A DNA stretch of 64,000 nucleotides from an uncultured Candidatus Saccharibacteria bacterium (GTDB taxonomy: Bacteria; Patescibacteriota; Minisyncoccia; Phycocordibacterales; UBA9973), in the NCBI GenBank assembly GCA_964634365.1, contig CAZWJU010000003.1, positions 36,890 through 100,889 on the forward strand, read 5' to 3'. Position numbers and translations under genes: made by a program. Positions 19,811-29,589 of the stretch are shown one piece after another; positions within the stretch are counted from its first letter, which is position 1; every line of letters begins with the position of its first letter. Below the pieces are notes generated by a model that searched no databases, was not told where the DNA came from, and was given only the letters and a program-made list of their open reading frames with translations.

Positions 19811-19917
19811 TAAATTACCAAAGAAAAGAGTACGACTTCTCGCCCCGTATGAAACAACATGCGCATTCGGCGTGTTGTTTTCGTACCGGGGTTGTTATAT
19901 AGAAAGGTTTAGACATT
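19811..19917 (-). repeat. Partial duplication of the metG 5' end (ATGTCTAAACCTTTCTATATAACAAC) followed by a ~22-bp-stem hairpin
   Basis: 24 of 27 nt match the genuine metG start. The hairpin ccccgtatgaaacaacatgcgc/attcg/gcgtgttgttttcgtaccgggg follows. A 33-codon uORF MSKPFYITTPVRKQHAECACCFIRGEKSYSFLW is possible. Confidence 0.5.
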
Positions 19918-20982
19918 TTATGCTTCGAGCTTTTTCTTTTCTAAGTCATCGAAAAATTGTAGTAAACAGACCGCAACCGGCACCGCAAGCAATATCCCCC
20001 AAAATCCAGCAAGTGTCGCACCAATCAAAAGAGATAAAATAACTATCAATGGAGAAACACCAACTACCTTTTTAACAATCAATGGGGCTAGTATATAGCC
20101 TTCTATTTGTTGAACTATTGTATAAAAAAGTATAACTATCACCGCGAGGGATACTCCACCACTAACGTATCCGAAAATAATACCTGGAATTGCGGCCAAT
20201 ATTATACCGAAAGGAATAAGTTCGCATATAGCCGCAGCGAGTGCCAACAAGAAAGCGTATTCCACCCCCATCAAAGATAAGCCTATATAAGTAACAAGTC
20301 CCACGATCAATCCCAAAAGCAACTGCCCTTGAACCCAGAGACCTATCTTGTGTTCTGTTCTCTGCCAAAGACTTATCACATAAGCTTCTTTGTTTTTAGG
20401 TGTAACGATTCGCAAGAAACTTTCTATCCCCCTCTCTTGCATAGAAAGATAAAAAGATAAAACTATAAGTAAAACAAGATTGAATATTCCACCAAACAAA
20501 ACAGAGGCGGCGGTAAGAAATCCTCCAGATATACCAGCTACAAACACTTGTATTTTTGATATCAAAGAAGTAAGTGAAATATTGTGTGATATCCCTGAAA
20601 CTATAGCTTTCGCACCATCAACTGTTGATTCATCTTGAAAATCAGATAGGAAGCTAGAAGGTGGAAGGTAGTCAGCCATAAACCTAACCAAATTTGAAAC
20701 TTCGCTGGTGAATACAGGCAAAAATGCATAAAATATAGCCACGAGTAGCGCCAGTCCCAAGAAATATATACCCAATACACTAAGTGTTCTGTTCATACCG
20801 ATAGCGCGTCGCATCTTCTTCACCCCTGACTCAACAAAAGAAGCCACTACTATAGAAGCTAGTAGTACCAAGACAATATTTTTTATCGCAAAAATAAAAA
20901 GTATAAACAGCACGATCAGTGCCGCATTTACTAGACTTCGAAAACTTATATGTATATTGACCTCCTTGTTGTGATCGCTCAT
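19918..20982 (-). CDS. AI-2E family (PerM/YhhT-like) transporter
   Basis: About 8 TM helices with AI-2E-like topology and size. Confidence 0.6.
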   Translation of the reverse strand: MSDHNKEVNIHISFRSLVNAALIVLFILFIFAIKNIVLVLLASIVVASFVESGVKKMRRAIGMNRTLSVLGIYFLGLALLVAIFYAFLPVFTSEVSNLVRFMADYLPPSSFLSDFQDESTVDGAKAIVSGISHNISLTSLISKIQVFVAGISGGFLTAASVLFGGIFNLVLLIVLSFYLSMQERGIESFLRIVTPKNKEAYVISLWQRTEHKIGLWVQGQLLLGLIVGLVTYIGLSLMGVEYAFLLALAAAICELIPFGIILAAIPGIIFGYVSGGVSLAVIVILFYTIVQQIEGYILAPLIVKKVVGVSPLIVILSLLIGATLAGFWGILLAVPVAVCLLQFFDDLEKKKLEA

Positions 20983-21014
20983 AAAAGCATAATACCACTT
21001 AGACTTTGTCTTTG

Positions 21015-22283
21015 CTAGAAACGCAAAACTTTCTCCAAGAACTTACTATCCTTGAAGGGGCCTATGAGAGCCAGGTTCAGATTCTTGTTTACAAAAATCT
21101 TATTGGCCATAGTTCGGATATCTTCTGCACTAACCTTGCGGATTTTGCGTTCCATTTTATCTATATCTTCAAGTTTTTTTCTCATAACTTCCTGTCCGCC
21201 AAAAAACATAGCGTATGCATCGGTTGATTCGAGCTCAAGTTTCATGGTACCTATTATGTACTCTTTTACTTTATCTAACTCTTCTTTGCTTACTAAATTT
21301 TTCTTGAGATCTACGCATTCTTTTAGAATTTCCTTCACAACTTCTTCTACTCTAGTATTTGTAACTCCAGCTCGAATTTCAAAAAATCCATGATCAGTAT
21401 ATGCATCATTGTCAGAGCGAACATAATACGTCACACCCATTTCTTCGCGAAGCTTTATAAAAAGTCTAGATGACATACCTCCACCAAGTATAGTCGCAAG
21501 CACTGCAAGTGTTGGATTGTTTTTACTATAAGCATCTTCGGTACGAACACCTAAAACAATATGGGTTTGATCTGTTGCTTTGTGTTTCAATAAAATCTTT
21601 GGTGCAGATTGACGCTCTACTACTTTTTTCTTTGGAGATTTTTTTGTGTTTTTTAAATTTGCAAAAACTTTTTTAACTTCACGCAACATATCACCCTCAG
21701 CTACACTTCCAGAAATCACGACTGTCGTAGCAGAAGGTACATAGTGTGCTTTTTTGTAGTCAACGAAATCTTTGCGCTTCATCGCTCTAACATTTTCACG
21801 TGTTCCAGCTATAGACCATCCGGCCGGTTGATCGCCGTAAAGAAGTTCCATGAACAGATCTTGTACATGACGCTGAGGCATATCTTCGTACATATTGATC
21901 TCTTCGACTATTACACCTTTTTCCTTTTCCATCTCCCCTTCTGGAAAAGTAGAGTTCAGATATATATCACTAACAACATCGAAAACTTGTTTAAAATGTT
22001 TTGAATCTGCTTTTGCATAATATCCAGTATATTCTTGGGAAGTAAAAGCGTTGTATTGGCTACCGAGGGCATCTAACTCATGAGATATGGCGCGAGCCGA
22101 AGGGCGCTTTTCTGTACCCTTGAAACACATATGTTCTAGGAAGTGTGAAAGGCCGTTGTTTTGCTTGTTTTCGTATTTTGAGCCTGTTTCTACAAGCACC
22201 AAGACCGTTACTGTAGGATTATCCTTCATTGGTATTGTGACAACCCGAAGACCATTTGATAGCTTTGTGCGTTTGATTTTCAT
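21015..22283 (-). CDS. M16-family zinc peptidase (insulinase/pitrilysin-like)
   Basis: Inverted zinc motif HFLEHMCFKGT…E. Confidence 0.85.
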   Translation of the reverse strand: MKIKRTKLSNGLRVVTIPMKDNPTVTVLVLVETGSKYENKQNNGLSHFLEHMCFKGTEKRPSARAISHELDALGSQYNAFTSQEYTGYYAKADSKHFKQVFDVVSDIYLNSTFPEGEMEKEKGVIVEEINMYEDMPQRHVQDLFMELLYGDQPAGWSIAGTRENVRAMKRKDFVDYKKAHYVPSATTVVISGSVAEGDMLREVKKVFANLKNTKKSPKKKVVERQSAPKILLKHKATDQTHIVLGVRTEDAYSKNNPTLAVLATILGGGMSSRLFIKLREEMGVTYYVRSDNDAYTDHGFFEIRAGVTNTRVEEVVKEILKECVDLKKNLVSKEELDKVKEYIIGTMKLELESTDAYAMFFGGQEVMRKKLEDIDKMERKIRKVSAEDIRTMANKIFVNKNLNLALIGPFKDSKFLEKVLRF

Positions 22284-22373
22284 ACCTAGAATAATACCAG
22301 AAAATAAGGCTTTTTACCTATATATTTGACTTTAAAGTCAAATATGCTATAATACTAACAAATCGATAAACCT

Positions 22374-22748
22374 ATGGGGAAAATATCAAAAGTTCTTTTC
22401 ATTGTGGCTCTGATCTCGATCGCCATGTGCTCATGCACTAAAGAGGAGATCCCTACTACCGGCAACTACGTGGAGCCGGTGGGAAGTGCGGTTGTTGAGT
22501 CTGCTGATCTTGAGGCAGGCAAGGTATATGGTTACCTCGAAAACCAATACGGGGAGGAATTCCTCGCTGAATTCAGCATACCAGACACCCTGGTCGACGA
22601 GATCAGTATCGGCCTTTCTGCCGGTGAGGTAATCATTCGCTACCAAGCGATCGACCAGAGTTACGTGCAGGATGATTCAGGAATGTTCTGTGAGGAGCAT
22701 GATGTTGTTCCCGCCGAAGGGAACCTGGAAGTATCCCGCGTGGATTAA
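22374..22748 (+). CDS. Small lipoprotein, GC-rich (~50% GC) relative to surrounding DNA
   Basis: Lipobox ALISIAMCSC. The GC shift is visible by eye. Confidence 0.5.
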   Translation: MGKISKVLFIVALISIAMCSCTKEEIPTTGNYVEPVGSAVVESADLEAGKVYGYLENQYGEEFLAEFSIPDTLVDEISIGLSAGEVIIRYQAIDQSYVQDDSGMFCEEHDVVPAEGNLEVSRVD

Positions 22749-22767
22749 AACAGTAAAAATTCGGAGC

Positions 22768-22795
22768 AAAACCGCAGAGCAATCTGCGGTTTTTT
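22768..22795 (+). terminator. Intrinsic terminator aaaaccgcagagcaatctgcggtttttt
   Basis: Hairpin plus T-run. Confidence 0.7.
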
Positions 22796-22852
22796 ATTTT
22801 CAAAATAGCAAAAAAAGAAACATTGTGATATAAAGGCAAAAAGCTCTACAAA

Positions 22853-23389
22853 ATGAATAACAAAGTCTTAACCCTCGTACTGTTATTTTGTTTTTTGTTT
22901 GGAACAACAAAAGCTCAAACTTTCCTATCTTGCCCAAGTTTCTCGAAAAGCAACAAGAGCGGACTATCTTCTTGGCAAAAGTACACAATAAAAACAGGAT
23001 TGGTTTTTATTGCTGGTGCAAGTGATGGTGTTAGTCAGACTCTTGCGTTCCATTATCAATATTTTCAGAATGATTTCCCCGATGCTCCACAAAATTATTG
23101 GAACCCGGATAGCAGCTGGTACAACAAATGGGCAAATGGTGACCCCGAGCAAGGCGAAGCATTCCCTGGAAGCTCAACTTTTTTTGTTTGGACAACAGAT
23201 GGATATCATCTGTTTAGGACGATCTCAAAAACATCTCTAGTTTCTGGGATATGTTTTGGTACAGTAATAAATGTGTACGATCACAAAAAATGGTGGATAT
23301 ACTTAACAGACTTTGTGATATATTCCGCTGCATATTCTGCAGGATTTCATCTCACGTACACAATAATGTTTGGTAAGCCAATAGAGTAA
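22853..23389 (+). CDS. Secreted hypothetical protein
   Basis: Signal peptide ending TTKAQ; no known domain. Confidence 0.45.
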   Translation: MNNKVLTLVLLFCFLFGTTKAQTFLSCPSFSKSNKSGLSSWQKYTIKTGLVFIAGASDGVSQTLAFHYQYFQNDFPDAPQNYWNPDSSWYNKWANGDPEQGEAFPGSSTFFVWTTDGYHLFRTISKTSLVSGICFGTVINVYDHKKWWIYLTDFVIYSAAYSAGFHLTYTIMFGKPIE

Positions 23390-23473
23390 ATACAAACCGT
23401 AGAATTTTCTATGGTTTTTTATTTGCGTTGACAATAGACACTAGCTAGAGTTTAATTAGGGAAATACGTAAAT

Positions 23474-24175
23474 ATGAAAATAAATTTGGTTTTACTTGCC
23501 TTAATGGTTCTAATACCCTTTTTGGCAAAAAGCCAAAAAGAAGATTCTTTGAAAACAAGGGTTTATGTAGATAATACATTTGGATATTTCCGTACCCAAA
23601 GTTTTGTCGGCCTACTTAATACACAAAATCCAAAAATCATACTTGGGGAAAGAGTAGAGACGAAATTTGATCTAAAAAATCCACACTTTGGTATTGGTGG
23701 AAAATATATTCTTTACAGAAAAATAAATCAGTTAGATTTTGTAGTAAAGAAAAAATTTGATGTCGGACTTACAACTCTATCTTATTCTCCATTTTTAGAA
23801 AAAAATCTAGTACTAATAGCAGGGATAGGCGGAACTTCTAAAAGAGAGGTTGCGAGCTGCTACTCTGTAAGATACTTAATAGATTCACTATATCCAGATG
23901 GTAGTCTTGGTTTTGAGACAAACCTAACCCTCATGGGTAAAGAAAAAGATTTTGAAACTATGATGTATGTTACAAAAAATGGATACTTCATCGGAGGGTA
24001 CTATGCCAACAACGGTGTGAGTGGTCTATGTTTCGGTGCGTACGAACAATATATGTTTTTTAAATTCGTACTATCCAAAGAAAAGATCGAGGGGCAAAAT
24101 CTGCTTTCTGGAACTTTCCAACTAGATCTGACTTTCCCTTTTATAAGAAAAGATCCAAAATTTATCTACATATAA
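23474..24175 (+). CDS. Secreted beta-strand-rich hypothetical protein
   Basis: Signal peptide ending AKSQ; alternating hydrophobic pattern. Confidence 0.45.
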   Translation: MKINLVLLALMVLIPFLAKSQKEDSLKTRVYVDNTFGYFRTQSFVGLLNTQNPKIILGERVETKFDLKNPHFGIGGKYILYRKINQLDFVVKKKFDVGLTTLSYSPFLEKNLVLIAGIGGTSKREVASCYSVRYLIDSLYPDGSLGFETNLTLMGKEKDFETMMYVTKNGYFIGGYYANNGVSGLCFGAYEQYMFFKFVLSKEKIEGQNLLSGTFQLDLTFPFIRKDPKFIYI

Positions 24176-24176
24176 C

Positions 24177-24198
24177 AAAACCCGCTTACGCGGGTTTT
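24177..24198. terminator. Bidirectional terminator aaaacccgcttacgcgggtttt
   Basis: Hairpin plus T-run; convergent genes on both sides. Confidence 0.7.
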
Positions 24199-24200
24199 AA

Positions 24201-25517
24201 TTATGCTAATTTGTTTTTTATATAACTTACTAGTTCATCTATGGCCACTCTCTCTTGGCTCCCTGTATCTCTGTCACGCACTGTAACTGTATCCAAGAAT
24301 TCTTTGTTCTCCCCTAGTGTGTCGAAGTCTATAACTACACACCATGGAGTTCCTATTTCATCTTGTCTTCGGTAGCGTTTACCAATATTTCCATTGTCAT
24401 CGTATGCTATATTCCCAAATTCTTTTTTTAGCATTTTGAATACTTCACGAGATTTTTCCACAAGCTCAGGCTTGTTTTTCAAAAGCGGAGAAACTGCACA
24501 CAAAATCGGCGCGATGTTTGGCTTTAGTTTTAAATATTCTCGCACCTCTCCGTTCATCTCATCTTCTGTATAAGCAGAGAGTAGCACCGCCAAAAAAGCA
24601 CGGTCAACACCAAAAGACGGCTCTATGCAGTGCGGAGTGATCTTACCACCACCCTCTTCGTCTATGTATTCAAGTTTGTGTGTCTTGAGATCGTAGTCGG
24701 TTCTATATGCTAGACCAAAAAGTTCTTTTTGGCCAAAAGGATAATCGAATTCAAAATCTATAGTTTTTTTAGAGTAAAAAGCTCTGTCTTCGTCTGGAAC
24801 ATCTATTTCATGAACTTTGTTTGTATCTATACCGACTTCATCCATCCATGAGAGCATTTCTTTTTTGTATTGATCAAAATATTTTTCCCATTCTTCTGCG
24901 CGCACAAAATACTCTATTTCCATCTGCTCAAACTCTCTCTGTCGGAAAAGAAAATCGCGCGGAGTAATCTCGTTTCGGAAAGCTTTACCGATTTGTGCTA
25001 TACCAAAAGGCAACTTCGGGTGATATGCATCTACTACATTTTTGAAGTTAACAAATATTCCCTGCGCTGTTTCTGGGCGAAGATATGAAATAGAACCTGA
25101 ATCTTCTGAGGCACCAACTTTAGTTTGAAACATCATGTTAAATTGTTTTGCTTCTCCTAAAGCACCTCCGCATTCAGCACACTTGGATTTGTCTTCTATT
25201 TGATCTGCGCGAAAACGTCTTTTGCATTTTTCGCATTCAACCATCGGGTCAGAGAAGTTGTCGACGTGTCCTGTTGCTTGCCAGACTTCTTGGCGCATAA
25301 GTATTGCAGCACGGATTCCATACATATCTTCACGAGAAGATACAAATTTGTTCCACCAAGTAGTCTTTATGTTGTCGAGCAGTTCATTGCCAAGGTGACC
25401 GTAGTCCCATGTTCCTGCAAGTCCACCATAAATCTCAGAGCCTTGAAATACGAAACCGCGACGCTTGCAAAGCGAAATTATCTTTTCCATTTTATTGTCG
25501 GATTCTTGTTTTTTCAT
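24201..25517 (-). CDS. glyQS: Glycyl-tRNA synthetase (alpha2 dimeric type)
   Basis: Class II motifs; RPETAQGIFVNFK; C-terminal anticodon-binding domain. Confidence 0.9.
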   Translation of the reverse strand: MKKQESDNKMEKIISLCKRRGFVFQGSEIYGGLAGTWDYGHLGNELLDNIKTTWWNKFVSSREDMYGIRAAILMRQEVWQATGHVDNFSDPMVECEKCKRRFRADQIEDKSKCAECGGALGEAKQFNMMFQTKVGASEDSGSISYLRPETAQGIFVNFKNVVDAYHPKLPFGIAQIGKAFRNEITPRDFLFRQREFEQMEIEYFVRAEEWEKYFDQYKKEMLSWMDEVGIDTNKVHEIDVPDEDRAFYSKKTIDFEFDYPFGQKELFGLAYRTDYDLKTHKLEYIDEEGGGKITPHCIEPSFGVDRAFLAVLLSAYTEDEMNGEVREYLKLKPNIAPILCAVSPLLKNKPELVEKSREVFKMLKKEFGNIAYDDNGNIGKRYRRQDEIGTPWCVVIDFDTLGENKEFLDTVTVRDRDTGSQERVAIDELVSYIKNKLA

Positions 25518-25519
25518 AT

Positions 25520-27466
25520 TTATAGCTGTACCTTACCCATTCCAGTTATAAAATTAGTATCATTATACAGAGCTGTAGTCAATGCGGAGCGAGAACTACG
25601 AACTATTGTATTCGTAAATGAATCTGTTCCTGTTAAAACAGTTTCCAATATAATTTGTGGTGTCGTATCTATCTGACTAGTAGATGGAGTGAGAGCAATC
25701 TTGAAAGATGCTTCTCTTATGGCCTTTGTTAGACCAGTTCCAGAAAGTACGTTGCCCAATTTCCAAGTAACAGTTCGGGTAGTATCGTCGTATGTTATGT
25801 TTTCGCTAGCAGGAGACGTAGACCCGGCATATTGAACATATGTAGGCAGTACCGCTTTTGCCTCTGCACTTGTTACGTTAGATGAAGAATTTGTTACTGA
25901 CCAAGTTATTGTATAAGTTGTCTGTTGCTCTGCACGCGGTGGCATAGGACCTGTATTTACAAAAGGTCCCTGAAAATACAGTGCCTTACCGGCAATTTGT
26001 AAATCTGTTGTGACTTTAACTGTTCGCTTTTGAAAATTTGTAACTTCTGTAACAAGTCCACCTAAAGAAGGTTGCTTACCTTTTATACTAATCTCCACAA
26101 TTACAGAAGGACTCTCAAGCAAAGTATTTCCTGAATACAATGGAACTGGAGATAGGTTAAATGAAACAGTTCCGCTATCCCCTGGTTCAACAGACACAAA
26201 ACTTCCTGTTGTACTCTTGTCCCAGATTATTTCATTGTTCAAAGAGTCGTAAAAGCCACTTCCAACTGTTAGAGAATTTTCGTTATAAGCATTGCCTGTT
26301 ATTTTTGCAGTCATTTCTAAATCAGTAACACGTGTCGGCAGATTGTTTTTCCAATTTATTTCAAATTCAATTTCTTTGCCACCAGAAACAACCACATCTT
26401 CTGCGCTTGATCCATTTATAAACAATTCTGTTTCAAGAAAAGGTTTTTTTATTAAAACAATGTGCGATAGTGACGTATAAGTAACACCCAGAGAAGTAAG
26501 ATTGTCTGGAGATGCCTCACCAACATATACTCTAAAAGCACGCTCTTCGCCATCTTGACCAGAGAGAGAGCCTCTTATAGTCACAGTTTTTTCCATACCA
26601 GAAGATATGTCTCCAAGCTCCCAAACATTGTCTAGAGATGCGGCCAGAGGAGTTGCATCACTAAACCTAAATCCTGTAGGATACTCTACTCGCAAAAGCA
26701 TATTTTCGGCGCTCTTTTCAGCACTAGAAGAAACTTTTAAAACTAAAGTTATATCTTGATTCGAAGCAGTTTCTGTAGGGGCGTCTATCGAAAGTGTTAC
26801 AGGGGCTGAGTTTATGGTTACAGGGAAATTCATATCTTTTACGAAAATTGCACTAGAACCTTGAATCCTATACTCAAGAGAAACTTTTACATCTTTCACA
26901 CTACCCTGCTCTCCAAACAAAACCACTTTTATATTTTCTGAATGCGTACGCCCAGAATCTATAGTGCCTACATTTATCCTAGGAAGTCTGACAACATCAC
27001 TACCTGAAACAGTCGCCCCACCTTTAGGATACTCAACGAGCAAATCAGCGAGTTCAAGTGGCACAGAATTTCTGTTTGTGATTTCTATTTGTAGAGACAA
27101 CTCTTCGCCACCTTCAGCAAAAGAATTGCCCAATACAACTATATCTATATTGTCGTTTGAAACAGTTGATGGTCCGCCAAAAAGTTTGTATCCTGCAAAA
27201 ATCAAAGACCCAGCTAATATAACTAGAGAATAAATAAAAATTTTTCTAAAAAAAGATGGTTTCATTGATTCGGATATAGAATTTATTTTTGAGATACTAG
27301 TTTTCTTTGAAGCTTCTTCTGTCTCGTCGGTCCATGTGTTTGATACTGCATAATCTTTTTTATGCAATACACTAGAAGATTTTTTACTTACAACTGGATC
27401 GTCGCGTGTATATAGATGCTTTTCAAGTTCATTTAAACTATTGGGAGCCTCGTCTTTATTGTCCAT
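25520..27466 (-). CDS. Large membrane-anchored extracellular protein, beta-rich, hypothetical
   Basis: Single N-terminal TM helix (FRKIFIYSLVILAGSLIFAGY), then ~550 aa rich in T/S/V with beta-sandwich-like repeats. Confidence 0.5.
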   Translation of the reverse strand: MDNKDEAPNSLNELEKHLYTRDDPVVSKKSSSVLHKKDYAVSNTWTDETEEASKKTSISKINSISESMKPSFFRKIFIYSLVILAGSLIFAGYKLFGGPSTVSNDNIDIVVLGNSFAEGGEELSLQIEITNRNSVPLELADLLVEYPKGGATVSGSDVVRLPRINVGTIDSGRTHSENIKVVLFGEQGSVKDVKVSLEYRIQGSSAIFVKDMNFPVTINSAPVTLSIDAPTETASNQDITLVLKVSSSAEKSAENMLLRVEYPTGFRFSDATPLAASLDNVWELGDISSGMEKTVTIRGSLSGQDGEERAFRVYVGEASPDNLTSLGVTYTSLSHIVLIKKPFLETELFINGSSAEDVVVSGGKEIEFEINWKNNLPTRVTDLEMTAKITGNAYNENSLTVGSGFYDSLNNEIIWDKSTTGSFVSVEPGDSGTVSFNLSPVPLYSGNTLLESPSVIVEISIKGKQPSLGGLVTEVTNFQKRTVKVTTDLQIAGKALYFQGPFVNTGPMPPRAEQQTTYTITWSVTNSSSNVTSAEAKAVLPTYVQYAGSTSPASENITYDDTTRTVTWKLGNVLSGTGLTKAIREASFKIALTPSTSQIDTTPQIILETVLTGTDSFTNTIVRSSRSALTTALYNDTNFITGMGKVQL

Positions 27467-27507
27467 GTAGAAAATTATAGCACAGCTACAAGTATACGGT
27501 CGACAGA

Positions 27508-28092
27508 CTAAAGATGACTTTCTTTTAGAGCGCGGTTGATCTCAAATAGAATTGTTTTTTTCTCAAGCTTTTGGTATACCTCTCTACTCGGATCAAAAAC
27601 ATCTTCTAGGATTGAGGCGAACTTCTCAGTTTCACCAATATATCCAAGATGATGAAGTATGCGCAAAACTAAAGCCAACTCAGTTTTTTGTTTATCTTCG
27701 TCGGTTAGATTTTCTTTGTTATAAAAACGTAAACCAAGAAGCAAATCTTCAAAAATCTTCTCGTTTCTCTCTTCGCCTGTACAAAGACGTATAACTAAAG
27801 ATGATATGTGTCTTATGGTGGTGAAAGCTTTCAGGTCTCTGTATGTATACAAGAAAGATTCTTTGGCGACTGCTGTTGTTACTCGCCAAACTTCCCTGCC
27901 TCTAACTAGATCGACTTCAGCATATGAATAATCTTGTAGTGCATATCGCAGCTTTGAACTTTCTTTTCGTACACTTTGTACCCTAGCGCTAATCAAGCCT
28001 AGCTCACGTGTATATAGATATAGGGTTTTATTTGATTCACCGAGATCTTTACTGCCAAGTATTATTGCGTGTGTATGGTGTATGTGGTGCAT
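27508..28092 (-). CDS. recO: DNA repair protein RecO (short form lacking C-terminal zinc finger)
   Basis: N-terminal OB-fold pattern HAIILGSKDLGESNKTLYLYTRELGLISARVQSVRKESSKLRYALQDYSYAEV matches RecO. Confidence 0.55.
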   Translation of the reverse strand: MHHIHHTHAIILGSKDLGESNKTLYLYTRELGLISARVQSVRKESSKLRYALQDYSYAEVDLVRGREVWRVTTAVAKESFLYTYRDLKAFTTIRHISSLVIRLCTGEERNEKIFEDLLLGLRFYNKENLTDEDKQKTELALVLRILHHLGYIGETEKFASILEDVFDPSREVYQKLEKKTILFEINRALKESHL

Positions 28093-28117
28093 ATATTGAA
28101 AATAGAAAATACACGTA

Positions 28118-28831
28118 TTACCAAGGCTTGAAATCGCTGTTTATCTCTTCAAAATTATCTAGAGTATCTGCAAATTGTTCTTGGTGAGCATCCAAGATAT
28201 CAGAAATTTCATCTTGGTATAAAGTTTCCTTATCGATATATTTAGACTTATCTTTTGTGTCACCTAAAACTAAATCTTGTTTTAATTTTGCGAGCGGACC
28301 TCTATTTATTCTTTCAATCTTTTCTGGCTTTAAGTTTTTTAAAGTTTTTAAATTATCTCTACTACCAGACTTATCTTTATCGCCTTTTCTAAATCTCCTA
28401 ATAACATGATGAGGTTCTTCTATTCTATCTGCACTCAAAGACTGTTTTTCTGAGGTAGATTGAATTTCTCCTGAACTGATTAGGTCTGAGCCCAAAATAT
28501 TATTAAATTCTATTCCCGACTGTTTTTCTGACTCTTCTAACTCAGCTTTTTTAGCATTGTAAAAAGCTCTATCGTACGGGTCGTCCATATCAAGATAATG
28601 CCCTCCGAAATAGAAAGCGGATTTTTTATTTTCGATATTTTGTAAATCAACCCTGTCGTCTTCAAGCTCCCCAGCATAATCATCTGTGTAAGTATCGCTA
28701 CTCTCTCCATATCTCTCCCAAGAATTGTCACTGGGTTCGTGTGCCTCGTCTATAGGAACATATATGTTTTTATGATGCCTTGGTTCTGGGTACTCTTCTT
28801 TAGTCTCGCTCTCCCATAAATTTTCTTTCAT
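28118..28831 (-). CDS. Acidic low-complexity hypothetical protein
   Basis: D/E-rich; no domain. Confidence 0.35.
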   Translation of the reverse strand: MKENLWESETKEEYPEPRHHKNIYVPIDEAHEPSDNSWERYGESSDTYTDDYAGELEDDRVDLQNIENKKSAFYFGGHYLDMDDPYDRAFYNAKKAELEESEKQSGIEFNNILGSDLISSGEIQSTSEKQSLSADRIEEPHHVIRRFRKGDKDKSGSRDNLKTLKNLKPEKIERINRGPLAKLKQDLVLGDTKDKSKYIDKETLYQDEISDILDAHQEQFADTLDNFEEINSDFKPW

Positions 28832-28890
28832 AAAAATATTATACTAAAAAATACTATAAAATAGAAAATCGCCAAATTGGCGATTTTGTC

Positions 28891-29538
28891 TTATACACCT
28901 ACGGATCGGTGTATTTTTTTCTCTTGTTTGGGGGCTTTGTAAGTTCTGTTCAATATATATATTACAAATGCACCCCACAATAGAGCAGTTGATGTGGCAT
29001 CAATAAAGTCTTTAAATGGTAATCCTAATAAATTAAAAAATCTCATAAAAACTAGGATTATCAAGAAAAAGACAACGCCTGCGCCAAGTGTCTCCTTGTG
29101 ATAGCCTTGCCTATCTTTCCTGCCAAAAATTCCATTATTGGAAATCCTGTCTGAGATAAATAAAACAAGGAAAGACCACAAGAACAGAGCGATAAATATG
29201 TTCAACTGGCCGTAAGATTTCTCTCGACTGACCTCGTTTTGATATATAATGTTCCAGCTTCCATCGAACATGTACGCTCTCTCATACCGTACATCCCAAG
29301 CCTTTTTAGGGAAAATAGGGATATTGAAAAACCTGGCGTACTCTCTTTCTCTTTCTACGAAAGTGACTAGGAGTTGCTCTCCTTGATTTTTGAACAAAAA
29401 AACAGCGTCGTCCGAAGACAAGTGGTCCGGCTTTGTACGTATCACATATTTAGGAACCCCAAATTCGGGGTCGGTTTCTGCATTTGCTTCATATATCTGA
29501 AACAAAAAAGATACAACAAAAAAGAGCAGAATTTTCAT
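28891..29538 (-). CDS. Hypothetical membrane protein (signal peptide plus 3 TM)
   Basis: Hydropathy only. Confidence 0.4.
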   Translation of the reverse strand: MKILLFFVVSFLFQIYEANAETDPEFGVPKYVIRTKPDHLSSDDAVFLFKNQGEQLLVTFVEREREYARFFNIPIFPKKAWDVRYERAYMFDGSWNIIYQNEVSREKSYGQLNIFIALFLWSFLVLFISDRISNNGIFGRKDRQGYHKETLGAGVVFFLIILVFMRFFNLLGLPFKDFIDATSTALLWGAFVIYILNRTYKAPKQEKKIHRSVGV

Positions 29539-29589
29539 AGTGCGTATTTTTTCGCATAGTACTCCGAAAGAGGTCTGTTGTCAAACGAT

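Noticed and set aside
19725-20042. 105-aa plus-strand ORF spanning the metG/transporter junction
   Set aside because: It overlaps two well-supported minus-strand genes. The product is Cys/Arg-rich and low complexity.
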